Part shown: one piece after another, positions 47,204 through 55,130 of the stretch | Layout: every line of letters starts with the position of its first letter | How positions within the stretch are numbered: the first letter of the stretch is position 1 | Assembly (NCBI GenBank): GCA_964291665.2 | Contig: OZ219814.1 | Location: 140,549-204,548, forward strand | Source of the DNA: Thermodesulfobacteriota bacterium | GTDB taxonomy: Bacteria; Desulfobacterota_D; UBA1144; Nemesobacterales; Nemesobacteraceae | Length of the DNA: 64,000 nucleotides | Reading direction: 5' to 3' | Notes under the pieces: generated by a model | The model's database searches: none | The model's input: the letters and a program-made list of their open reading frames with translations, nothing else | Told to the model about the DNA's origin: nothing | Translations under genes and position numbers: made by a program

Positions 47204-48478
47204 TTACTTTTCCGAGCCCATGTTTGAAAACCGGTTTTTCCCGTAGAGAAAATACATGATTCCCGTAGCGGCAAAGACAAAAAAGAGGATCACGGGCAGA
47301 TATTTGCTAAGGTCGCTTCTAAGAAAGGAGGGATTGGAAACAGCTACTATAATGCTACCTGGGTTCAAATCTGACAACTCGTATTTCAAAAACGCCTCGT
47401 CGTGGATCATTATATCTTCTGCAACCGCCCTAGGCTGTTCAACCCGGATTCCAAGTCCCGTTTTTCTTACAAACACGCCAAGATCAGCAACTTCATAGTC
47501 AAAGCCTATCTGAAATTTCCCCCGAATTTGCGAAAGAGGGAGAGAGTAACCAAGAGCGACCCTTTTCATCCCCGGAAGAAAAGGAAGTTTGTTGTACAGC
47601 TTCTCTCCCTTTCTCTCCACCGCCTCCAGATTAACTCCGTCTGAAAAAGTAACATCCACTGCCTCTTCGGGAATCGAGAAAACAAGGGTGGTAGCATCCG
47701 AGCCTGTATGCTCCCCGGTAAAAACGGTCTCACCCGAGTTCTCAAAAACATAAAGGGAGGTTACGTTCACATTGGCACCCCCGTTATCCGGGTAGACAAT
47801 CAAGTTCAGCGACCGCAAAGAGACGTTTTCATCAGAGTTCGTGGTGTCGTAGACCGGAAGATCAAGGGTGATTCTGTCCTCTCCTGGAAGAAAAACCATT
47901 TTCCCGGAAACATACTGAACTCCTTGGTGAAAAAGCACGATCTCATAGCTTCTGTCCCACCGAAGAGAAGAAAAAGAGAAGTTGCCCAGAGAGTCCGACT
48001 TGGCAAAGTGCCGATCCTCCTTCCTGTCTCCCATGTATGAGATCAGAACTACATCCTGCCCCGCTTCGGGTTTCCCAGTAGTGATGTTCCTTACGCGACC
48101 CTTTATCGCCCCGCTTTCAGCAGGATCGGATGGAAGCGTGTAACCCAGAAGGTAATCGGCAACCTTCTGTGCGTCGCCTTCCGAGAGATTCATCGGGGGC
48201 ATCGGTGGATAGCCATCATTTACCGGTTTTTTCTTTTTCTCCGCGTAAATGCTCTCTGGGTTCCGGGCCCACCTGATCAGGTCATCCCTTGAATATCTAT
48301 CCCCCACGCCCAGAAGATCAGGACCTACGAACCTTCCCCTTCCAAGCGTATGGCATCTTACGCATTTCCCCTCGATAAAAACTGATTCTCCTGAGAGCTG
48401 TGCCATTGCTGAAGGAACCACTGGCGAGGAAAAAAAGCAAAAGAACATTAAAAAAAGAGGCAAGGTTGTTTTTCTCAT
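47204..48478 (-). CDS. Exported mono-heme cytochrome c domain fused to a large beta-rich domain, with a C-terminal membrane anchor
   Basis: 424 aa. Signal peptide. CVRCH heme motif (48350-48364) with a downstream PPMPPM candidate Met ligand. CarboxypepD_reg-like stretch (GAIKGRVRNITTGKPEAGQDVVLI). Terminal TM (YLPVILFFVFAATGIMYFLY). Confidence 0.6.
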   Translation of the reverse strand: MRKTTLPLFLMFFCFFSSPVVPSAMAQLSGESVFIEGKCVRCHTLGRGRFVGPDLLGVGDRYSRDDLIRWARNPESIYAEKKKKPVNDGYPPMPPMNLSEGDAQKVADYLLGYTLPSDPAESGAIKGRVRNITTGKPEAGQDVVLISYMGDRKEDRHFAKSDSLGNFSFSSLRWDRSYEIVLFHQGVQYVSGKMVFLPGEDRITLDLPVYDTTNSDENVSLRSLNLIVYPDNGGANVNVTSLYVFENSGETVFTGEHTGSDATTLVFSIPEEAVDVTFSDGVNLEAVERKGEKLYNKLPFLPGMKRVALGYSLPLSQIRGKFQIGFDYEVADLGVFVRKTGLGIRVEQPRAVAEDIMIHDEAFLKYELSDLNPGSIIVAVSNPSFLRSDLSKYLPVILFFVFAATGIMYFLYGKNRFSNMGSEK

Positions 48479-48490
48479 GATTCGCGCAGT

Positions 48491-48838
48491 TTATGAAACC
48501 GGGGACTTGAAAGGAGACGTTCTTTTTTCTTCACCGGTTTTTTCATTCTCAGCCGCCGATTGGAGTTCCGAGATAAGCTTTGTAACGGCCGCCGCTTTTT
48601 CCTTGTACCTTGAAATAAGTTCGGTGTAGTCCTGATCGCTCAGCTTCCCCATATCCCGGTCAAGCTCTATATCCTTTATGGAAGAGTAATAAAGGTCCCT
48701 TTTCTCGTAAAGCTGCTCGAGCCGATCATCTTGACTATCCACACCCCGACTCCCTCTCCTGTGACTGAGAAAAAGAGGATAAACGGTAAAACCCGAGACC
48801 AGCACCACTAACAGAATAGAGATTATGTATTCACTCAT
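48491..48838 (-). CDS. Small membrane-anchored coiled-coil protein, weakly reminiscent of the N-terminal module of CcmI
   Basis: 115 aa. N-terminal TM, then a charged helical region (IELDRDMGKLSDQDYTELISRYKEKA). ATGA overlap with the ccmF stop. Confidence 0.4.
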   Translation of the reverse strand: MSEYIISILLVVLVSGFTVYPLFLSHRRGSRGVDSQDDRLEQLYEKRDLYYSSIKDIELDRDMGKLSDQDYTELISRYKEKAAAVTKLISELQSAAENEKTGEEKRTSPFKSPVS

Positions 48839-50793
48839 GCGCTGAAGTCCTTTTTTCTTTGCCTCTCAGGCCACATGGTGACAATCGCTCCAAGGACAAT
48901 AATCATGCCTCCAGCCCATATCCAGTTCACCATCGGGTTTAGAAGGGCTCTTATGTTCACCTTTCCGCTTTCATCGACCTCGGAGAGTATGAGATAAAGA
49001 TCATCTCTGAAAGTGGAACGAAGAGCGACCTCGGTTTCCTGGTTTATCTCCCTGTTCCCCTCGTACTTGTAAATATTTTTTTCGGGGTACATGGTCGCAA
49101 CGCTCTTTCCTTCGTTCTCGATCGAGAGTTCCGCCGAGAAACCGTCTTTAGCGTCGTTTGAGATAAAACGCACTCCATGGAAAACCACATCGTACCTTCC
49201 CAGGGGAAAGGAATCCCCCTTGCCGAGAACAACTTCCTTCTGAGTAACAAAAAGAGAAGAAGCCGTGATTCCTATTACAAGCAGCACCACCCCCAGATGA
49301 ACTATATATCCGCCGTAGCGCCTGCGGTTCCTTGAGATGAGATTAAAGAATGCCGAAATTGGGTTCTCTCCCCTGCCGCTTCGCACCTTTATGCCTCTGA
49401 AATACTCCAAAAACACCGTTGAAGCGACAAACCCGCAGAGTGCGAAACTTAAAAGCGCTACCGGTTCCCTCATCCCGAAAACTATAAGGGCTAGGAGAAC
49501 CACCAGAAAAACCACCGCAGGGAAAACGAAATTTCTCTTAAGGTTTGCAGTTGAAGCCTTTTTCCAGGATATAAGCGGACCTATTCCCATAAGCAGGATA
49601 AGCACAAGCCCTATTGGCACTCCTACAGCGTTGAAATACGGGGGACCGACCAGGATCTTCTTTCCTGTGAAAGCCTCTGAGAGTACAGGGAAAATGGTTC
49701 CCAGGAATACGGAAAACGCGGCCGCAAGAAAAAGAAGATTGTTAAACAGAAAGGCGCTTTCTCTTGAGAGCACAGAGTCGAATCTTTCCTCGCTTGCGAG
49801 CTCCTTTGACCTGTAGGCGAGAAGAGAGAAGGAGAAAAGAAGTATGAGTACCATAAAGCCGACAAAGAGCGGACCTATGTCCGAGCGGGCAAACGAGTGA
49901 ACCGAGGAAACTATGCCGCTTCTGGTTATGAAAGTGCCGAATATGGAGAGGAAGAAGGTGATTATAAGCAGAATCATGTTCCACTTCTTGAGCATCGCCT
50001 TTCTCTCCTGAATCATAACGGAATGAAGAAACGCGGTCCCTGCAAGCCATGGCATAAACGCGGCGTTCTCAACCGGATCCCATGCCCAGTATCCTCCCCA
50101 GCCGAGTTCAAGATACGCCCACCTGGCCCCGAGAAGAAGCCCGGCGGAGAGAAACATCCAGGAAAAAAGGGCGTATTTTCTGCAGTTCCTTATCCACTCG
50201 TCCCCCAGGCGTCCGCTGAGCAGGGCTGCTATGCCGAAAGCAAAAGGCACCGTAATCCCCACATATCCCACATACAGAGTGATCGGGTGAATAGCCATGT
50301 ATCCGTTCTGAAGAATCGGATTAAGCCCCCTTCCTTCACCTACCGCCACGCCAAGCTTCTCAAAGGGGTCTTCCACGTAGGCTATGAGGAAAAGAAAGAA
50401 AAGCGAAACGGCACATAAAACGGCGTTCACGTAAGGATCCCCTCCCTTTTCTCTGCTTCTAAGAACCACGAAAGCCGCATACAGGGAGAGAACGAAGCTC
50501 CAGAGAAGCAGGGAACCCGCCTGGCCGGCCCAAAGGGCCGTAACCCTGTATATCACCGGGAGGTCGGTGCTCGTGTTAAGCGCTACGTATCTGAGCGAGA
50601 AATCAAGTGTTACAAGTTCGTAGACAAGGCAGCATACAGCCACCAGAAGAAGAAAGGCAACCGAGACAATGCCGTTTCCGCCGCTTAGCCCAAACGCACG
50701 GCTTCCCGTTCTCGCAGCGAAAGCACAGGCAACAAGACTGTAAATGGTGATAAAGAAGGAAAGAAGTATTGCTATACTTCCTATATCAGACAT
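48835..50793 (-). CDS. ccmF: Cytochrome c-type biogenesis heme lyase subunit CcmF
   Basis: 652 aa polytopic protein with a WWD motif (LGWGGYWAWDPVEN). Confidence 0.93.
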   Translation of the reverse strand: MSDIGSIAILLSFFITIYSLVACAFAARTGSRAFGLSGGNGIVSVAFLLLVAVCCLVYELVTLDFSLRYVALNTSTDLPVIYRVTALWAGQAGSLLLWSFVLSLYAAFVVLRSREKGGDPYVNAVLCAVSLFFLFLIAYVEDPFEKLGVAVGEGRGLNPILQNGYMAIHPITLYVGYVGITVPFAFGIAALLSGRLGDEWIRNCRKYALFSWMFLSAGLLLGARWAYLELGWGGYWAWDPVENAAFMPWLAGTAFLHSVMIQERKAMLKKWNMILLIITFFLSIFGTFITRSGIVSSVHSFARSDIGPLFVGFMVLILLFSFSLLAYRSKELASEERFDSVLSRESAFLFNNLLFLAAAFSVFLGTIFPVLSEAFTGKKILVGPPYFNAVGVPIGLVLILLMGIGPLISWKKASTANLKRNFVFPAVVFLVVLLALIVFGMREPVALLSFALCGFVASTVFLEYFRGIKVRSGRGENPISAFFNLISRNRRRYGGYIVHLGVVLLVIGITASSLFVTQKEVVLGKGDSFPLGRYDVVFHGVRFISNDAKDGFSAELSIENEGKSVATMYPEKNIYKYEGNREINQETEVALRSTFRDDLYLILSEVDESGKVNIRALLNPMVNWIWAGGMIIVLGAIVTMWPERQRKKDFSA

Positions 50794-50795
50794 CT

Positions 50796-51206
50796 CTAAC
50801 CTTTCTTTTTCTGGTAGGGCGCTTCTTCGGATTCATATTTGGTGGGACATTTCGCAAGCAGAAGATCCGCCTCGAAAACGTTATCTCTTGAAAGCTTGCC
50901 TTCAACGACCGCCTCGACCCCGTCTGTGAATATGTCGGGAATTATGCCGTCATACTCAACATCGAGGCTGCCCTCACCCGCCTCGATGGTGAATCGAAGA
51001 GAGTCGTTTAGTTCGTTTTGGATTGAGCCGTTAACCACCGTCCCCGAGACCCTCACCTTCTGCCCGTAAATGTCCGGGACATCCTCTAACAGTTCGTCAA
51101 CCGTTATGTAGTAGACCATGGAATCCTTGACCCCCGCAAAGACAAGCCAGGAAATCAGAGACACTATAACAACAAGAGGCAGGATGAATTTCAGTCTCGC
51201 TTTCAA
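50796..51206 (-). CDS. ccmE: Heme chaperone CcmE, CxxxY variant
   Basis: 136 aa. TTG start 6 nt after GGAGG. N-terminal anchor and an OB-fold region. The heme-binding region reads LLAKCPTKY, with TGT at 50847-50849, instead of the canonical HxxxY. Confidence 0.9.
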   Translation of the reverse strand: MKARLKFILPLVVIVSLISWLVFAGVKDSMVYYITVDELLEDVPDIYGQKVRVSGTVVNGSIQNELNDSLRFTIEAGEGSLDVEYDGIIPDIFTDGVEAVVEGKLSRDNVFEADLLLAKCPTKYESEEAPYQKKKG

Positions 51207-51343
51207 ACTCTACCTCCGTTTTCAGAACCATTCCCACCTGACAGCAGCTTTTTCCTTAAGGATTCCGACTTTGCCCGCAGGTAAAGTACGTAAGCAATTA
51301 GAGAACCCCAGACCGCTATGCTTGACCAGAGAAAATATTCCAC
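51203..51343 (-). CDS. ccmD: Heme exporter protein CcmD (not in the ORF track)
   Basis: 46 aa. GTG start 9 nt after AAGGAGGG. The translation is VEYFLWSSIAVWGSLIAYVLYLRAKSESLRKKLLSGGNGSENGGRV. It has a single TM, fills the gap between ccmC and ccmE, and its TGA overlaps the ccmE TTG. Confidence 0.6.
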   Translation of the reverse strand: MEYFLWSSIAVWGSLIAYVLYLRAKSESLRKKLLSGGNGSENGGRV

Positions 51344-51349
51344 CTGAGA

Positions 51350-52009
51350 TTACCCTCCTTGCCTACTCCGCGCGTAAAGCGCATTTTCCATGTTCATTAT
51401 CCTTATCCTCTCGCCAAGAAGTAAAACAAAAAGAAGCGTGAACCCCAGCATCGTAACCAAAAGAGTGTGCATCATGGCAGGGTCTATTCCTCCTCCCCCA
51501 GGTCCGAAAACCACCGGGGAGATCCCCCTTTTTATACGGGCCGAAACATAGACCACGGGGAGATCCACATAGGCTATTATGGCGAATATGGCCGAGTATC
51601 TGGCCTTTTTCCCTCGCCCGCCGGCACCTGAGCGCAAAACCAGATAAACAGCGTAGAGCACCCAGAGAATAAACGTGGTCGTCAACTGCGGATCCCACGT
51701 CCACCAGGTTCCCCAGACCGGTTTTGCCCATATGCTGCCGGTGATGATCGTAAGGGTAAGAAGCAGCATTCCTATCTCGGCCGAGCAGTAGGCAAGAGTA
51801 TCCCATTTCGCCGTTTCTTTTACCAAGTAGTAGATGCTCGCCACGAAAACCACCGTAAACGCCACCGTGGCAGCCCAGACTGTACCCATGTGGAAATAGA
51901 AAATTCTCTGCACATGGCCCATAACCACCTCAGTAGGCGCGTAAAAAAGCGTCATCCAGGTAGCGAGAACCATCAGCGCAAACGTCAGGAAAAACAGTAT
52001 GTTTCGCAT
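51350..52009 (-). CDS. ccmC: Heme exporter protein CcmC
   Basis: 219 aa with the W-rich motif WAKPVWGTWWTWDPQLT. Confidence 0.92.
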   Translation of the reverse strand: MRNILFFLTFALMVLATWMTLFYAPTEVVMGHVQRIFYFHMGTVWAATVAFTVVFVASIYYLVKETAKWDTLAYCSAEIGMLLLTLTIITGSIWAKPVWGTWWTWDPQLTTTFILWVLYAVYLVLRSGAGGRGKKARYSAIFAIIAYVDLPVVYVSARIKRGISPVVFGPGGGGIDPAMMHTLLVTMLGFTLLFVLLLGERIRIMNMENALYARSRQGG

Positions 52010-52028
52010 TTTTTAAAAAGAAAGCGGG

Positions 52029-52727
52029 TCAGTCCCCGCTATCCTCAATAAGATACTCAAACAGAAGAGAGCATAAAAGGATGAAGATTATATCGAAGGA
52101 AACCAGCACCTGCAAAGAAAAAGCGTAGTAATCCGGAGGTCTTCCTTCCAGTACTGAAGAGCATATTCCGACGGAGGTTATGACGACAGGTATGATGAGG
52201 GGGAAAACCAGCAGGGGAAGCATCATGTCGCGAAGCTTTGTATTAAGGGCCATCGAGGAAAAAAAAGTGCCGAGCGACACAAACCCTATCGTTCCAAGAA
52301 CCATAACCCCTAGAAAAGGGAGTATGGTACCAGTAAGTGAAAGCGAAACCCCGTTCGCGTCAGAAAGAAAAAACAGAAGAAAAAGCGGAAGTATGAAAAG
52401 CTCGGAAACAAGAACCATAACCACGTTTGAAAGCAGTTTTCCGAGATAGATGTAGCTTTTGCTTACAGGAGTCAGAAGAAGAAACGCGAAGGCGTTATTT
52501 TCCTTTTCAAGCGAAAAAGATCTTCCAAGAGCCAGAAGCCCGGAAAAAATAAAAGTTATCCATATAACGGCCGAGACTGCCCGGGAATCAACATCCGAGC
52601 GGAATTCAAAAGCGACATTAAAAACCAGAAGAAGCAGAAGCGAAAATACGAACATCGTCGGAAATATCTGCTTTGAACGCCACTCCACCAGAAAATCCTT
52701 TCTGAATATAAGGAATATGTTTCTCAT
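52029..52727 (-). CDS. ccmB: Heme exporter permease CcmB
   Basis: Start taken at ATG 52727 (ATGA overlap with the ccmA stop). Six hydrophobic segments and a CcmB-like N-terminus (FRKDFLVEWRSKQ). Confidence 0.88.
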   Translation of the reverse strand: MRNIFLIFRKDFLVEWRSKQIFPTMFVFSLLLLLVFNVAFEFRSDVDSRAVSAVIWITFIFSGLLALGRSFSLEKENNAFAFLLLTPVSKSYIYLGKLLSNVVMVLVSELFILPLFLLFFLSDANGVSLSLTGTILPFLGVMVLGTIGFVSLGTFFSSMALNTKLRDMMLPLLVFPLIIPVVITSVGICSSVLEGRPPDYYAFSLQVLVSFDIIFILLCSLLFEYLIEDSGD

Positions 52728-53446
52728 TGCCCATCCCCACTTCTGACGCAAGACATGTAGATATCCTGGAATTCCTCGCGGGCAGGTTTCTGCGCGGATG
52801 CATAGACCACCTCTCCTTGATCAAGAATTGCGACCTTGTCACACAGCGAAAGCCCCTCGTAGACATTATGGGTCGTCATAACTACGGTTTTATCCGCTTT
52901 CATTGAATCCAGGATCGAGGTAAGGATGGCGGCTCCGCCATAATCAAGCCCGCTGTACGGCTCATCCAGAAAAAGTATCTGCGGGTCGTGAAGAAGCGTT
53001 CTGGCGATAGCGAGACGCTGGCGCGTTCCGAAAGAAAGGGTGCTTACGAGCGCGTCTTTCTTAGCGTAGAGCTCAACCCTCTCGAGAATATCAGAGCAAC
53101 TGTTCTTAAGATCCGGCACGTCGTAGAACGCGCCTATAAACTCGAGGTTTTCCCAGGCGGTAAGATTCTCATAAAGCATCGTGTTATGGGAGATGAACCC
53201 TATAAGTTTTCTTATCTGCTGTTTTTCTCTGGAGACGTCAAAACCGGCTACAAAGGCCTCTCCCCCGCCGGGTTTGATGAATGTCGAAAGAATGGAAAGC
53301 AAGGTGGACTTGCCGGCGCCATTGGGACCGAAAATCGTGAGAAATTCACCCCGGTTGACGGTAAGATCAATTCCCATAAGCACAGGGAAAAACCCGAACT
53401 GCTTTTCAAGTCCCCTGGTTTCTATGGCAAGTACGCCGGGTTGCAT
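52724..53446 (-). CDS. ccmA: Heme exporter ATP-binding protein CcmA
   Basis: Start taken at ATG 53446, 1 nt after the epimerase stop. Walker A GPNGAGKST, signature LSFGTRQRL, Walker B LFLDEP. Confidence 0.85.
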   Translation of the reverse strand: MQPGVLAIETRGLEKQFGFFPVLMGIDLTVNRGEFLTIFGPNGAGKSTLLSILSTFIKPGGGEAFVAGFDVSREKQQIRKLIGFISHNTMLYENLTAWENLEFIGAFYDVPDLKNSCSDILERVELYAKKDALVSTLSFGTRQRLAIARTLLHDPQILFLDEPYSGLDYGGAAILTSILDSMKADKTVVMTTHNVYEGLSLCDKVAILDQGEVVYASAQKPAREEFQDIYMSCVRSGDGQ

Positions 53447-53447
53447 A

Positions 53448-54503
53448 TCATTTTCCTTTTCCAAGGATTTTTTCATAACCGCCGATCTCTGAAGTCCACT
53501 CCGCAAGCCCTTTCATTCCCATCTCGTAACTGCACACCGGTTCATACCCCAGACCCCTCCTTGCTTTCTCTATGCTGTAGGTTCTGCTTTTCGAAAGAGC
53601 GGAGACGCCAAAACGGGTAAGCACGGGCGGGGTCTCCGATCTCTTGAGTTCGAAGATTTTTTCAAGAACAAACGCGACCGCATACCCGAGGGTATAAGGT
53701 ACAGTGATTCCCTGCTTCCACTCAATTCCTATTGACGCAAGCTGATCGGAGACAAAACGGCGGTTATCGATGCGCGCCCCGTCGTTTACAAAATATATGT
53801 TGCCCGCCCCGGCGGGAGAGAGGGCCGAGAGCACCGCGGCGTGAACAAGATTAAGCACATGGCATGGAGAGACGATTTTTCTGTTAAAACCCATGTTAAC
53901 CAGAAGCCCCTTGAGGCAGGCATCGGCTATTCTCGGAAGTATGACCGTGTCGCCGGCTCCCCAGACGTTTGACGGTCTTAATATGACCGTTTCAAGTCCT
54001 CCCCGTCCGTTATATTCTCTCACAAGTTTCTCGGATAACGCCTTGGTTTCATTATAGAAATTATGGTGATTCTTCGGATAGGGATAGGTTTCATCTATCT
54101 CCTCGAGGTTGACCGTTCCCAGGAAAGAGGCATTCCAGACCACGGTAGAGGAACTCATGTAGACAAACCTTTTCACCCCCGCCTCACGCGAAGAGTCAAG
54201 AAGCGTTTTCGTCGCCTCCACGTTCTGGCTGAAAAAATCATCCCTAGGTCCCCAGTCTGAAACTTTGGAAGCAAGATGGAAAACGTAATCGCACCCTTCC
54301 GGAAAAGTCTGAAGCGACTTTGAGTCGCAAAGATCCCCGTGGACAAGCTCTGCGCCCAAAGAGCGCAGCTTCTCGGTATCGCTTGTTTCTCTTACGAGGC
54401 ATTTTATTGAAAAACCCTCGTCTATAAGTTTTTCAGCGAGCTTGCTGCCGATAAAACCCGTCGCCCCGGTTATCCCCGCTTTTAAGTTCTCTGAGGTTCC
54501 CAT
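53448..54503 (-). CDS. NAD-dependent epimerase/dehydratase (extended SDR, 3-beta-HSD-like)
   Basis: 351 aa. Rossmann motif GATGFIGS and a YxxxK context. Confidence 0.85.
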   Translation of the reverse strand: MGTSENLKAGITGATGFIGSKLAEKLIDEGFSIKCLVRETSDTEKLRSLGAELVHGDLCDSKSLQTFPEGCDYVFHLASKVSDWGPRDDFFSQNVEATKTLLDSSREAGVKRFVYMSSSTVVWNASFLGTVNLEEIDETYPYPKNHHNFYNETKALSEKLVREYNGRGGLETVILRPSNVWGAGDTVILPRIADACLKGLLVNMGFNRKIVSPCHVLNLVHAAVLSALSPAGAGNIYFVNDGARIDNRRFVSDQLASIGIEWKQGITVPYTLGYAVAFVLEKIFELKRSETPPVLTRFGVSALSKSRTYSIEKARRGLGYEPVCSYEMGMKGLAEWTSEIGGYEKILGKGK

Positions 54504-54507
54504 AAGC

Positions 54508-54648
54508 CTATTTTTTTATTTCCTTTTCCCAATCCGTTTTCCTGAATCTTTTCTTCGTCTCGACGTCTTTTTTCGAAGGCATAGCTTTGCCGGGCCGCGT
54601 TGAAACAGGCTTTCTGGTTTTCGGTTTTTCTAGCTTCTTTTTGGTCAT
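54508..54648 (-). CDS. Possible small, highly basic protein (46 aa)
   Basis: Not in the ORF track. The translation is MTKKKLEKPKTRKPVSTRPGKAMPSKKDVETKKRFRKTDWEKEIKK. The stop lies 4 nt before the epimerase ATG. The Shine-Dalgarno is weak (AGGGG). Confidence 0.3.
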   Translation of the reverse strand: MTKKKLEKPKTRKPVSTRPGKAMPSKKDVETKKRFRKTDWEKEIKK

Positions 54649-54737
54649 ATCACACCCCTGCAGTCTCTTTACCGCTCAGGAGATCACAGAGTATAATAAT
54701 TGATAAGCAAAATCGGACAAACTAGGCGGGCAGACGC

Positions 54738-55121
54738 ATGAAATATCTCCACACAATGATAAGGGTCGGCGACCTTGAGAAGTCAGTTGCTTTCTACACC
54801 GATGTTATCGGCCTTAAGTTTCACAGGAAAACGGATTACCCGGAAGGCCGTTTCACGCTTGCTTTTCTGGGCTACGGCGGCGACACCGAACCTTTCCTTG
54901 AACTCACACATAACTGGGATACTTCGCAATACGACCTTGGAGAGGGTTACGGACACATGGCGTTTGGGGTAGAAGACATATACGCAACGTGCGAGAAAAT
55001 AGAGCAAGCCGGCGGGCGAGTAACCAGAGCCCCAGGACCCATGAAACACGGAACCACCGTAATAGCCTTCGTCGAGGATCCCGATTCGTACAAGATCGAG
55101 CTCATACAGAGAAAAAACTGA
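54738..55121 (+). CDS. gloA: Lactoylglutathione lyase (glyoxalase I)
   Basis: 127 aa, close to the canonical GloA sequence along its whole length (HTMIRVGDLEKS..., LELTHNW..., TVIAFVEDPDSYKIELI). Confidence 0.95.
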   Translation: MKYLHTMIRVGDLEKSVAFYTDVIGLKFHRKTDYPEGRFTLAFLGYGGDTEPFLELTHNWDTSQYDLGEGYGHMAFGVEDIYATCEKIEQAGGRVTRAPGPMKHGTTVIAFVEDPDSYKIELIQRKN

Positions 55122-55130
55122 CTTGCCCAA

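Noticed and set aside
47345-47380. A tRNA-like T-loop string GGTTCAAATC.
   Set aside because: The flanking bases cannot form a T-stem or acceptor stem, and it lies inside the cytochrome-c fusion CDS. No other tRNA-like sequence was seen in any spacer.
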